Assembly (NCBI GenBank): GCA_964187785.1
Contig: OZ076409.1
Span: 29,452,001 to 29,516,000 of the forward strand
DNA from: Amphiscolops sp. MND2022
Taxonomy: Eukaryota
Length of the DNA stretch: 64,000 nt
Reading direction: 5' to 3'
Shown here: in pieces, positions 27,366 to 39,956 of the stretch
How the letters are laid out: each line of letters starts with the position of its first letter
Numbering within the stretch: position 1 is the first letter of the stretch
Translations under genes and position numbers: made by a program
The notes under the pieces: generated by a model
What the model was told of the DNA's origin: nothing
Databases searched by the model: none
Seen by the model: only the letters and a program-made list of their open reading frames with translations

Positions 27366-28077
27366 TGTAACGTCAAGCAAGTAACGCACATACCAGAACT
27401 GGGACAATACTTAGGTTGCCTAGACAGGAGACCATAGTCCTATAACAAGCCTAAATACCAGTTTTTCGTCCCTAAAGGTCTCCTAGGGCCTTTTCCAAAA
27501 CACCGTGGAGACTCCTCTTATTAGAGCTCCGTGGCGACGTGCCGGCACACTCAAAATCCGGACACGTCCCACAAGCATGTAAAAACGTTCCTAAAGACTT
27601 CCTGCGGTCCTTCATACTCCCGAGGTCCGAAAACAGGGTTCTAGCTGAAATGCATTCTATTTCAGAAAATAACGTCTAAATACTCCATTACAAGGATCTG
27701 GCAGATCCGACATCATCATAAATCTGTAAATCAATACTAATGACATCAGAACTATTCAAGATTGGCACTTCTGGCATGTTTCAATTGAATTCGCGATTCT
27801 CTTCATCTTCTTTGCTGTGGGATATCTGGATCTCAGAACGTTTTTGTATTAAAAACGCACTTTTCTGGGGAGATGACACAAATCCGAGCATTTTTCTTGT
27901 TCTTCCACATCGTGTCAGTGTCTTTTCTTCTTTTCTGGGTCGGGGTGGGGGGTCTCTTTTTTTGTGCTTCCTTTTTGATTTCAACGACCTGCCAGGTCGG
28001 CCATTTTGATTCGCACACTTTCTGGTCCTTGATCGAATTTTTCATCGAAAATTTGGTGCTGACTGGTGGACGTTATA
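27366..28077 (-). repeat. 5' LTR of element 1 (712 bp)
   Basis: TGTAACGTC...GACGTTATA; direct repeat of 9146-9857. Confidence 0.96.
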
Positions 28078-28691
28078 TAGTACTGGAACATTTATTCTGA
28101 CCAATTAATGGAAATTGAATATATTTCTTCGAAAAAGCACTTTATGAAGACTTGGAGCATGAAAAGCATAATTTGTTCAGAAAGGCAGCATAGTTTTAAG
28201 GGTCTGGCGGCATAAATTCGGGGTACCTGTGTGTTATCACCGCTTCTCAATTAATTTTTGCAGCTTATTACACGACTGAAGTTATTTTGCATTGAAATGG
28301 CGGTAAAACTGATAGCAACGCAAAGTAAAAACTATATATCAGTAAAACTTGCTAAACTTGAACGACACTAAAACTTTGATGGATCTCTCAAACAGCTTGA
28401 TAAAAGTGTCGAATATAACAAAAAAAGTCGAAATGTTTTTGCATGAAAGATTCCGTAAGTTTCAGAAAACGAGGGATTGCAATGATTTTTTAGAGCTCTT
28501 AGAACGACTTTATTAGAATGTCAACCCGAGAAAGCACAACTTTACAATTTTGGTACGAGAAAAGACAAAAGTATCAGACAAACTCCTCAAAACAACTTTT
28601 ACAGATTGAAACAGATCAGTATAACGCATTAAACTAACAATGAATCAGATTAAGCAAACATGTTCAAGCTATGATCAGTAAAATACGTATA

Positions 28692-29540
28692 CCCGGGTTT
28701 ACCGTCCAGGCCGATCATAAACTGACCATATTATGGCACACTACAAATCATACAAACTTCTTCACTATGATCTTGCCATGATCGACCTGGAATCATATAT
28801 GGTCCAGAGTATGATCAGCCTGAAACTATAAACTTGCCCCAAACGCGGGTTGACGTGACATGCAACCCAAACAAAAAGTTTCAAATACTGAGAACAGCCA
28901 GCTTTATAGGCTGAGGGCACAGAGCCATATTCGACCTTTTGTATCTGCGAAGGATACATTGCAGGTAAGAACTCCGTTAAACTCTAAGCGGAGTTAAAGA
29001 CAAACTATAGTCACGCAATTTGTTCTCAGCCACTTCTTAGTTAACAACTAACTCTTCTGTTACAACAATACCCACTTTGCAGTGTGATTTTCGATTATTT
29101 CGAGAAAAATTCACCAATAATTCAGCAAAAGCTGCCGAAAATTGTTGATTGCTACCTAGTTTTCAATTTGGTGATTGTATTGAACCTTTGGTTGAGGAAC
29201 ATCTTGTAATTTCACAGTGTATGCGTTAATTGACTGCATTATCCTATTTTTTATGGCTCCAGGCTGACCATACTCTGGGCGATTAAGGTTTATTGTTCCA
29301 GGCTGGTCATAGACTGAACCATATATGGCCCAGTATATGGTCAGGCGGGAACCATAAATTTTGCTTTTTTATGGAACATGGCGTATCATAGACTGGACCA
29401 TATATGTCCAGAGTATGTTTCAGCCTGGAAGCATAAAGCTTTTTGGTCCAGAGTATGAGAGTATGATCAGCCTGGAATCATACTATGAGTATGATAACAG
29501 AGTATGATTGACCTGTTTTTGTATCGGAGGGAAACCCGGG
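28692..29540. mobile_element. Non-autonomous TIR DNA transposon (MITE) with TA target duplication
   Basis: TA|CCCGGGTTTACCGTCC ... GGAGGGAAACCCGGG|TA; subterminal GACCATA/TATGGTC and CAGCCTG/CCAGGCTG repeats. Confidence 0.8.
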
Positions 29541-29629
29541 TATCATCGCTAATCAGTGGTGCACTGAAATCAACAATGATTTTTCATGACTCGAAAACAA
29601 TACAAAATGTGTAATCGGATATAGTAAAT

Positions 29630-30187
29630 AAAGCAGTAACATGTGTGAGTGAATAACATATATAATTATAAAAGTCAATATTCATGTTAAAATTTCATAA
29701 CTAGTAAGTTTTTGTATATTGAGTTCAGACTTTTAAAACTAAAATGTTTGTTATCAACAAGAAAAATTATTAAACTTTCAGTTTTATCTTTTCGAAAATA
29801 CTATTTTGTTCCGAAGAGTTTGGTCTCCTTCATCCAAGACCAATTCATTTATTACCAGGGATAGGATTTTTATGTTTTTATTTTGGTAGTTTTATGACCA
29901 TAAAAGTACATATGATTTTATTTTCATCAAAATATGTTAGATAACATATTTTGATGAAAATACAAACATTTTTATGAACATACCACTACCAAAATAAAAC
30001 ATAAAACTCCGATCCCTGGTAAAAGATGATCTATATAAAGGAGACCAAAATCTTCGAAACAGAATAAAATTTTTGGCAACGATAAAACTGAAAGTTTAAC
30101 AATTTTCCATGTTGATAACAAACATTTTAGTTTTGAAAGTTGAGTTTTATACACATTTTGTTATTCACTCACTCGTGTTACTGCTTT
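29630..30187. repeat. Long imperfect inverted repeat (foldback element)
   Basis: AAAGCAGTAAC..GTGAGTGAATAAC pairs with GTTATTCACTCAC..GTTACTGCTTT; inner arms pair; perfect 21-bp hairpin at 29919-29962. Confidence 0.85.
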
Positions 30188-30829
30188 GAGAACACTTCTT
30201 TCTCAAAGAATTTCAAATAACACATTTTATATATAATATATTATTTGAAATTCTTTGAAAAAATACATTTCTGATTCGAACAAAGCGTCTTTCTAATCAA
30301 AGGAAAGTCACATCACCGATAAACATCACTAACACTCTTCAGATATGTTTACGAATATTGCTTTGATGCAGAAACTGATGCGATATAAAATAGATGCCTT
30401 TGTCAATCAATTTACACCAATGTCAACGAAATGGCCTGAACGTTGAACATTTACTCCAACTGACAATCGCTACTTCAGCCATTTGCATGAATGAAATCGG
30501 TTGCAACGAATACAGCATTGTAGAAACCTTTGTAAACAATCTGATTCATTCAAGTGGTACTATGCTTGCCTGTCAAATTTATGACTCGAGTTCGAATCCC
30601 TTGTTTGGCATTTTAATACGAGTTCGGGCCAACTAATTTATACGGTTTCCCTAAGAACCCTCGTAGAACATTATCAAGTCGCCCCAATTCCAGGGTCAAA
30701 TTATCAGCTCTCAAATCCTCACATTTCGGGAGAAAACCAAACTTTTTCATAAATTTGATATTTTAGTCAACTGAGTCATACTAATTTAAAACTACGATAC
30801 ACAAAACAAATTAAAAGTCTCTAGTCTGT

Positions 30830-32186
30830 TATATTCTCCCTGCAAATGAGCCATACTTCACAAGAACCGTATCAGGCTCTCCTTTTTTCCATCGTAGGAG
30901 TTCTTCAGAGTCTGGACGCGATTGTTAATTTGTCTGTACTTCCCCCTCGGCTCTTTCCGCTCGCTTTGTAACTGCCTGTATTGAATTAAACCTGTCCAGC
31001 GCAGCTCTTACATGAAACGTTGTATAAAGTTCCAAACGTTGGGATGGCTTCCTATGAACAGTGATTGAATGCCAAAATGCCATGCCTCTACAGCATAATT
31101 TGTTCTGGCGAGCCCTTCTGCTGCGGCTTTGCCTTGATTCAAAAATAAAGGATCAAACAGTGGCGATTTTGTTGTTCCACGAATGTGAGTTTTCTCGAGA
31201 TAACAACCGAAAAGCTCTACTTTGTCGGAGATGTCAACCCTGGCTTGAATTTTTAAATGGACTTCGCCAAGTTTTTCCATAACTGACAAAGGCCTCGCTT
31301 CACTTGATCTATTTGGAAAAAAGCCACTGCAGACACCATTTTCAGCGTCAATGCCAGTTCTTGGTTTGCTTCATACGCTTTCTTCAGGCCAACTTCATTC
31401 ATTTTCCGCTGGGCCGAATATCTCAAATGGAAGTAACAACCGAAATTTGGATGGATTGGTAGAAGTACCCGAATGCGTTCTCAAAGTCCACCATCATAAT
31501 TCGCTGAGGTTTTCCATAAGGAACTAGTTCCAACAAGGTTTGGCAGAAGCTTCAAGCGTACAAAAAAGGCGGATGGTAACCACCGATAGCAATATGAATG
31601 GTATAAAGTTGATAAATTATTTCTGGGCATCGCTTGAAAATGCTATCAACAAGCCACATGTTGCTTTGGCATTCCATCAGCATTTCAGGAAGAGCAAAAA
31701 TTAAAAACCAATCGGGGTCATTGATACCCTCGTCATAGGCAATAAAATCAAGAAGTTCAACGGGAATTTGGCAATCAGTGGTATGAGGAATGCTTGGTAC
31801 TTTCCACTTTGCTTTTGCAGCATTTCAAAGTGTTCAACAGCGTTTCCTGCTTGGGAAGATTTTTTTGCGTCATTACATTATCCTGGACGGAATGAAGACA
31901 TGACGAAATGGCGCTATAATTAGTCATGCTGAGCGCTTTTCTTTCATAGCATTCTTCAGTTCTGTTGCTTCTGCCGCCCCTGGTTTAAAATTGCAAATGT
32001 GATCGTAAGGATTGTTTGTTAGAGCATTCCCCGAGGTAAAAACAATTGTCGAGCATTTGATTGTGCAATAATTTCGACATATCCAATGGGTGGTGTTGTT
32101 GGTTTCTTTCTTGTTCACATAATATTCATTTCCCTCAAAAGTAAAAGTCGGTCGTCCTCGAATGGAATTTCAAATCTGAGGCTCAT
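30830..32186 (-). pseudogene. Mutator-like (MULE) transposase relic with N-terminal FLYWCH-type zinc finger
   Basis: RGRPTFTFEGNEY...WICRNY...KC...H; WLVDSIFKRCP; YQLYTIH; MVDFENA; CYFHL; RTNYAVEAWH; many frameshifts. Confidence 0.85.
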
Positions 32187-32394
32187 TCTGAATTCGTTGT
32201 AAATTGTTGATAGATTACGAAGTTTAAATTGATCGAATGACGTCTGATTATTGTATGCCTTATTTTTTAAGCATCTTGATAAGTATTCTATTTTAGCCCG
32301 TCTTTTGTATTCCGCATGAAAAAGGTGTCACTCAACGGTTCAATTAGTTTTTCTCTATAGCACCCTACTCGACCGTCTTGCACTAAAGTTATGA

Positions 32395-32485
32395 TAAGTA
32401 GCAAATTATCTAGTTGCATTTATCCGCTAGTAGCAAATTGCCTAGTAGCAATTTACCTAGTAGCAAATTGCTTTGTAGCAGCTAG
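32395..32485. repeat. Tandem ~15-bp repeat (TAGTAGCAAATTGCC-like)
   Basis: About 6 degenerate units next to the MULE relic. Confidence 0.7.
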
Positions 32486-32883
32486 TGTCCTGACACCACG
32501 ATTTACACACTTAGGGAAGTTGCGGCGTGAACAGAATGTGCGCTGCCGCGGCGTAACGCGCACTGTATAAACAGTACTAGATGCTCTAGCATCCTATTGT
32601 GCAGCTTAATCCGCCAATTGTGCAAAGGATTTACCTAAATTAATTGTCTTATAATTTCAACCAAATATGTCTAAACATTTGGTTTCATGTTATTTCCAAG
32701 TTTCCTTCATTTCATGTTGAAACATATGTTTTTATGTTAAAACTGAATAATCCGATCCCTGTTTATTACAGTACTGTATTTTGTCACTATCGCACAAGTA
32801 ACTGTAGTGTACTAATGCATTATTAGTGTTCTAATTGAGCTTGAAAAAAGTGACTCTCGATATAACTTTGGAAGTCCACTAAC

Positions 32884-33135
32884 CCAAAGCAATGCGTTTA
32901 TGGACATTCCACTCTTCGATAGCGAGAGCGATGATGAGTCCCCCAAAAACCAATACAACAGTATCCTTGAAATACTGGCTGCTGACTTCGGCTCCGTCAG
33001 CTATGTCGAACATCGGAAACAAAACTAAGGGCAAGAGGGCGGTCACCGCGAGAGGCAGCACCTCCGTTATCCAGTAGAACGCCATCAGACAAATTATGAA
33101 GCCGCATTTCAGCTGAGGGCTCTCAAAAACATACC
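32884..33135 (-). CDS. SLC13 family (Na+/dicarboxylate-citrate/sulfate cotransporter, Indy-like) exon 2
   Basis: [26 protein letters not shown]...[30 protein letters not shown] is the hallmark SLC13 N-terminal block; acceptor TTCACAG, donor GTTAGT, phase 1/1. Confidence 0.93.
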
Positions 33136-33629
33136 CTGTGAACACGATGACTGATTAAAAACGATCTCTAATTGATTGGATCAGAAATCAGCGAAGTCTT
33201 CTAGAACTCAAAACTTCCGCCCTTGATATAAAAACTACTTTTTCTCACCTTCTGATGGCCAGCCTTCATATCTTCAACTTTCAATTAATACGCATTTCTT
33301 TACTTCCATCAATAACTGCAAAATTGTTTTCTCTACTGCAAAATCCCGATTGCATTGTCAGGCGAATACGCCTCAAGGAAAGGCAAAGTGGCTGACAATT
33401 TTTTCATATTTCATCATTCCAGTGAATGCATTGATACAAATTGACCGAATGATGAAAGTTGGGCCCATGGAAACCGTTCGATGGTAAAAAGTCAACTCTT
33501 CCATTTATGCGGATTCGGTATGAAATCTCATATGAACTTTTTCATGGTTCTAGGGCATCACTATCAGTTTAGACTGTGAACTTTGGCTTCATCTGCTTCA
33601 TATATGCAGAGTAAAGTCAAAAAGCAAAC

Positions 33630-33723
33630 CTGAAAGTAGAAGTGGGCTCAATGTAACAGGGACAACAGCCAAAATAATGTGCCTTTGATGCTGTTTCATA
33701 TACTTCGTCAACGATTTGACCAT
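33630..33723 (-). CDS. SLC13 family transporter, probable first coding exon (MVKSLTKYMKQHQRHIILAVVPVTLSPLLLS)
   Basis: ATG at 33723-33721; hydrophobic 'IILAVVPVTLSPLLL' resembles the SLC13 N-terminal TM segment; ends at phase 1 before donor GTTTGC and joins in frame to the next exon (G+GG TAT GTT). Confidence 0.7.
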
Positions 33724-34124
33724 GGCTTCTAATGTGTTTTCAAAGTTATATTCCGAAGACAAACGATTTGTTCAAGTTCACACTTCAGTTTTGTCTGATT
33801 GTTTACAGGGCATTCACTTGGGTCATCGATAAAGATCCTTGAGTATTTATTCAAGGTACTGCCCTTGATAAGTAATACAATTAATGATAACTCAATTTAT
33901 CAGAGACCAGTTATACAGAATGAATAGAAGTTTATATTAGTTGTACATATAGTCTAATTTAAGGCCAGTAGCGCACGTGCGCTTTTGTCTCCAGCGTTGG
34001 TTGAAAGCTTGAGCATATCATCGTACTAGTTGAAACCGCTTGAAACTTTTACATGATTTTATATGCTACCAAGCACTTTTAGCATGAATTTTGGAGTTTT
34101 ATAGAGAATCATTAATTCTAGATA

Positions 34125-34996
34125 CCCAGGTTTTCGATCTTTGCGAATCTGTGCAGATCTGCAGGATTTTTTTCTGCAGGGTTCTGCAAAGATCGTTGCA
34201 CTGAATCTTGAAGATCCATACAGATCAGCAAGATCTTTACCGAATTGTGCAGATTTTCTCTACAGATTTCTGCAGAAATATGTTTTTCTGCAGTGCAGCT
34301 TCTAAGGAAGCAATATATTGCATTTTTGGACTTCTTTAACTACTTCATCAACTATTTTAGCTTACCAAGGCTCAGTCAGTTGATACTCTCGATCATTCAA
34401 AATTCTCGAGAAAGAAAATTTGTCCCCATCACGGTAATTTTGGTGACTGGAGAATGCGCGTACTGCTTATACACCGTAATTTATCCATTTCACTTGAACT
34501 TTCCAGAAGTGGTTGTTGAACTTTGAGAAGCTCGTTTGCCATATTGACTTCGTTTTGACGGATGAAATTTGACATGTGGGAACCTTCTGCGTTGGTAGAT
34601 GTGTTGATAATGTGTTGTTGTAATATTTCGGGGAAATGATTTGTTAATTTTTAGTAATTTCTGGTAACTCCGAATACGTTATAGTAATTTATTGGTCATT
34701 GTTTGGATCTGTAAAGATCTGCGAAGATCTGCAAAACTCTACAGATCTGTACAGATTGCTGCAGAAAAATGTTTCATCATTTTGACATGGAAGAGATTTC
34801 CCTCGAAATTTAAACATTTTTATTATTCGTATGACATCGCTGTGGGGTTTTTATTGTGTTTCTAAGTAGGCCAGTTTTCTTCGAATCTGCACATATCTGC
34901 AAAGATCTGCAAAAATCCTGAAGATCTGCACATATCTCCAAAGATCTGCAAAAATCCTGCAGATCTGCACTGATTCGCAAAGATCGAAAACCTGAG
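34125..34996. mobile_element. Non-autonomous TIR DNA transposon (MITE), ~45-bp TIRs, TA target duplication
   Basis: TA|CCCAGGTTTTCGATCTTTGCGAATCTGTGCAGATCTGCAGGATTTT ... AAAATCCTGCAGATCTGCACTGATTCGCAAAGATCGAAAACCTGAG|TA; many AGATCTGC subterminal repeats. Confidence 0.85.
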
Positions 34997-35499
34997 TATT
35001 TCCCTGATGCAATGCTTTTTCTTCAATTATTTATTAGGATTTCTATACAATCTGGCGAGTTTTCAGAGCAAAATCAAGGAAATTCTAGAAAAAACTCCCG
35101 CAAACATTTGCAGGCTTTCGGGGGCAAAACCTCAATTTTTGTAAGTGCAGAGACTACAAAATGACATGTACAAGTACCCTGAGTGTGTCAGTGTGGCAAA
35201 AAATTCGTAACACAGAAATTTTTTTCGAAGGAAAAATTGTTTGGTCATGCAAACTTCATAATCATCACTTTGCACATTTGGAAAACCGAAAAAAATTCGA
35301 TTCCGAAGTTCTTTAAGGCTTTTTGAGGGACTACTATAGGAGCGGAATATTAAAATCAGCCGTCTTGATTGGATGAAATTTGAAGTTTCAAAAAATTTTC
35401 CAATACTCAAGATATTGAAAAAACATGTAAAACTGGAAAACAAGAATTACTATAGGTTTTTTGAACATTTTTGCTTGAATTCCTTAAAGTAAAGTAAAA

Positions 35500-36295
35500 C
35501 AAGAATCCATGTCGAGCTTTCCTTGAGAATCTGTACAGATCTGTTAGCCTTTTCCCCAGAGGATCTTTAAAGATCGTGCCACTCCTACGTAAGGACAACT
35601 GCAGATCTGCAAGGATCTTTACAGATGTTCAAAGATTTTCTGTACTGATTTTTCAGGAAATTTTTTTCCGGATCTTGTGAGAAACAATGCATTGTTTATT
35701 TTGGACTTCCGCGACAAGTATTTTTGCTGACCAAGGCGCTCAGTCAGTTGAAACACTCCTTCACTAAAAATTCTTGAGCTTGTCACCTTCACGGTAATTT
35801 TGGTGTCAGTGGAATATTTGGTATTGGTCATTCACTAATTTATCTATTTCACTCGAACTTTCCAGAAGCGGTTATTCAACTTTGAGAGGCTCGTCTGCCA
35901 ATTTGACTTCATTTTGGCAGATGTAATTAGGCAAGTGGTCACCGTCAGGGTTGGTAGAGGTGTTGATAAAGTGCTATTTTTATTGTCTTTCGGGAGCATG
36001 GTTTGCTGGAGAAGTTCTAAAAATTGGTGGAACTTGGAATACGTTATAGTAATTTAGGGGTCATTTCCGAATGGTTAAACTTCGACAACCCTGGAATATC
36101 TGTCCGGATATGTACAGATCTGAGCAGATTCACACAGAAATTTTTTAAAACCCAAATTAAGAGACATGCTTATCTTTTAGAGCACTTTTTAATCAACTAA
36201 TTTTGATTTCAAAACCTTGTTTTTGATTAGTTCATTTTCGACAAATCTTAAAATATCTGTCAGAATCTGTACAGATCTGTACAGATTCACAGGGA
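35500..36295. repeat. Diverged relative of the 34125-34996 element
   Basis: Shares internal blocks (CTCAGTCAGTTGA, CACGGTAATTTTGGTG, GAACTTTCCAGAAG, GAATACGTTATAGTAATTTA) and AGATCTG repeats; ends not clearly defined. Confidence 0.7.
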
Positions 36296-39200
36296 GTGCT
36301 CAACATGGGAAAAAGACCGTATTCCCTTTTTTACACTTCAGATCTAATTTCCCCTCTAATTTTTCTTTTGATACGAATTTTTCGTCTTACGTTTTTTGCA
36401 ATTTTTTCGTTAAAAGATCGTATTTTTGGGTGCTCGCGGGCTCCACGACTACAACAACAGACGATAGAGATCACATGACCATAGACTACAAGTAGTAGAA
36501 GTACGTGGCATTTTCGGGGGTTATGAGTGAGCAACCAAAAATGGTAACCACAAAATTTTCTGAATTTTTACATAATAATTGTGATACGAACATGACGTGT
36601 CCGAAAACGAAAATACTCACTGAAAACCGAACAAAATACCAATCCTTTTCTATTCAACTGGTTTTTTTAGGTTTTGTTAGGAATGAAAATGGAAGGCAGC
36701 TGGGATGAAAAATGGAATCACAAAAAAGTATTTTAGATCAGCAACTTTGAAATGAATGTGCACTTACATAATTTAACCTTTCTTCTGTAGAGTGATTGCT
36801 GTGGAACTAATTTCCCTGATATTGCCTTCATTCGCGTAAACAGTCATTAGTAATCCAAACAGTATCTACGAAAATTATCCGAGTTTCTTTTTACACCGAA
36901 TTTACACATTCTTTGAAATGAAAATTGACCCAAAAATTTCCAAAAAACATGAAAATTTCGAGACAAAATGTTAATTTTTCAGAGAAAAAGCAATTAATTC
37001 CTTTCAAATTAGTTTTAGAATTGCGATGGCGACTTTTTTTGTTAATTATAACTGAAATAAAAACAATCTCAAATAACAGAGTGTCCGTTTTTTATTCATC
37101 ACTTAGAAATTCAAGTTTGGTGGGTTCCAAATTTCGAAGGAAAAAAGGTGGACCCCGTAACGCTTTGAAAATAGGTTCAGAAGAGCGCCGAGTCTTTGAT
37201 CGAGACCTTATGAAAAATCAAATTGGTGATTTATCTGTGTTTCCAATTGATTAGATATGGAGATGGTGTCTAGATTAAAATCTTTGATAATTCCCAGATC
37301 AATGTGAAACTGGAAAAAACCCAAGGAGGCGATTGGAAGCTTGAAAAAAAGGTTGAGCCTGGCGAGCTCAAAAAAAATCATTCCTTGCTCAAAAATCGCA
37401 AATTATAGTTTTTTTCGAATTGTAATCTTGACAAAAACTTCGACAACTCGTTGGCCTTAAGCATGCTCAGCTGGGAAGAGCTGGATCTAATCGACCAATT
37501 CGACTGCGGTCTCGTCAACCAGAGGTCCAGGTCGGGACACCTCCAACACAATGATAATGATGCTCGCGAAAAATGTAGGTTGTTCAATCTTTGTTTGAGT
37601 GGAGCCCGTGCTCGATCTTTTCGCGTTCTGGGCGATCAGAAAGTATGACCGAGGGCTCCTGCTTGCATGTCTGGAGGCCTGGAGGAAAGGTACCCTTGAT
37701 GCGGGTATCCTCCAGGCCCTCCAGAAACCTGTAAATAACCCGTATAAACATTTTCTTACTAAAAAAATCTTTAATATAACAAATTGCATGCTTTTTGTTT
37801 TTGTCTGTGCTTGCACGTTTTGTTCTATAACTAAAACTATTTTTCTCTGACTCTGAGATAACCCTCATCTGTTTTCAGGTTTTTGTTTTATGGAGAAATA
37901 GCACGCGATTGTTATTGGAAATTCAAATCATTCTAGAATCATTGAGGATTCATCTCATTATAAACACGCCAAAGTCTCGCAGAAAAAGGAGGTCGACATG
38001 AATACTCTTTTAAACAATTCTCAAAACCCACACTTGACTTCTTGTCGTTTTCAGCCCTCTCTCGACGGGCGAGTCAATCTGTCTTTATCTTTCACGCCAG
38101 TCTCTATATTTCGCTCACAATGCCACCAAGTTAGTTGTACTCTTTTGTTTTTTTTCTTTTTCGGGGCAACAAAATTGATTTTTTTCCCGACAAAAAAGAT
38201 AGTTTACTGGGAAAAACTTGTTTAAAGAAAAATACTCTCTCAACTTTATCACCTAAAGACATACGGAAAAACTAATGCTCTGGAACAAAGTTTGCAAAAC
38301 GAAAGGGGTCAAACTAGTGATTGGTCTGGCAAGACGTAATCAACTTCTTCCCAATTCGAACAAAACAAATAAATTTTTGCAGAAACAGCTCGAAAAGTCC
38401 AATTTTTTGAACATTCACAAAATGCGTACCAGTGGCGTCGACAAGACAGACCAGTTTCACTCCACTGAGCAGTTTTTGGAACAAACTTTCACCTTGTTCT
38501 TCAATTGACGTCTTCGAAAAGCAACTTATAGCTAAGTTAAAGTTTTCATTTAACACCACAGTTCTTCAAGACTCACTTTCTGAATTTGAATTTACTTTTG
38601 TATATTCAATTACTACTTTGTTTCACGTTATAACTGTAACGTCAACAGCCCTTTATCATGGACAAGAATGGAGAAAAATGAAAAATTCTGAAAAGAGAAT
38701 TCATTATCACATTCTGGTTGGATATTAAATTCATACATGATTGCATGGTCTTGCCTCACAGAAAACTTACTTTAGGCCGTTTTTTTTCATTTTTAAAACT
38801 CGAAGTTTCACTTGTGAAAGTCTATCTGGACCACCAATCGTCATACATCTCATTAGAAGGGCGAAAAAGACTGTTTTGAAAATTATATTCTAAGTGAGAG
38901 AACTCCTCCCATATGGCAAAATTTGCGAAAAACCCCAATTTTACAAAAACATCGTTCTGATGCAAAATTAAGGTTCAGGGCAAAAAATTCGACGAAATTG
39001 ATGTGCTAATGTTTAGGGTTTACTCAATATTCTGGTATGAATTTTGCAAACTTTTTATTTGCTTACACATTGACTTAATGTAGAACTGAGGAGGATAGCA
39101 GTTAGTATAGCTCATGTTCAGCCTGTTTTACCACCCGACAACTCTGCAAAATTCACAATGTCAACCTAATAAAACAAGTCTTTTTCCAAACTTCAAATAA

Positions 39201-39956
39201 AAAAGTTTGCCTCGGAATCTATTTTTATAAACATTTAATTCACAGAAAAACACGCTTCAGTAAAGCTCTATCTTCTGCTGGTCACTACTGAAGCTCCTTC
39301 AACACAAAACGATTGTTCTTTGCAGTAGTTTAAAATTTAATTTTTAGAATAAATTCGTTGCTGTTGGAAACAATGATTTACATATTCACACAGCGCAATG
39401 AAGTGGAACGTATACTTGCCAGAAAAACATATTTCGGAGCATCGGCAATCCTAAAAAAAAGAAGTGAAAAATTCTGCAAAAGAAACGACAAGTGGAAAAT
39501 TTAACAGTCCTTTCTGCTGCCGCTAAATTTATTGCACTTAATTAGTGCTCAAGTTACAGGTGATATAGCTCTTGGTACAACTGCCCCGTCAATACTCTTT
39601 TGATTTATTGTTGGAAACGTATGACTGGAAAGAAACGCAAGTTGTTTGAGACTGGAATTGAGAAGAGAATTCAATCATTTGGGAAAACAGCTAGTGCCCA
39701 AAACTGAGAATCAATTGGAACACAAGATGACGAAGAATCTTTACGATCCTATTGGAGTATCTGCAACACTACAGATAGCAATGCCGAAAATACAGCATCG
39801 GCGGATGTCGACGACGACAAAAAATGTTGTCAACCAAAAAAGAAAAAATTCAAATAGGTAAAGCTGATGATTGGGTCCAGCAGCAGCAGTGAAGATGAGT
39901 GAGTGAATGACTCTCATTCAATCAACATCTCTTTTCCAATCCAGTTCCCTAAAACA

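Larger units (their letters stand above)
9146..28077 (-). mobile_element. Giant Ty3/Gypsy LTR retrotransposon, element 1 (~18.9 kb), full length but inactivated, in SLC13 intron 2
   Basis: Direct 712-bp repeats with TGTAA...TTACA-type ends; internal gag (CCHC), PR, RT (YIDD), RNase H, integrase in Gypsy order; polypurine tract next to the left LTR. TSD ambiguous (left flank AATAG; right junction GTTATATAG). Confidence 0.96.

Noticed and set aside
9146..28077. Apparent paradox of near-identical LTRs with many internal lesions
   Set aside because: About 1% LTR divergence is compatible with roughly ten lesions over ~14 kb of coding sequence.
37378..38728. Cluster of short ORFs, one with GVDKTDQ resembling a piggyBac motif
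   Set aside because: Motif too short and no surrounding transposase similarity; cannot be supported.
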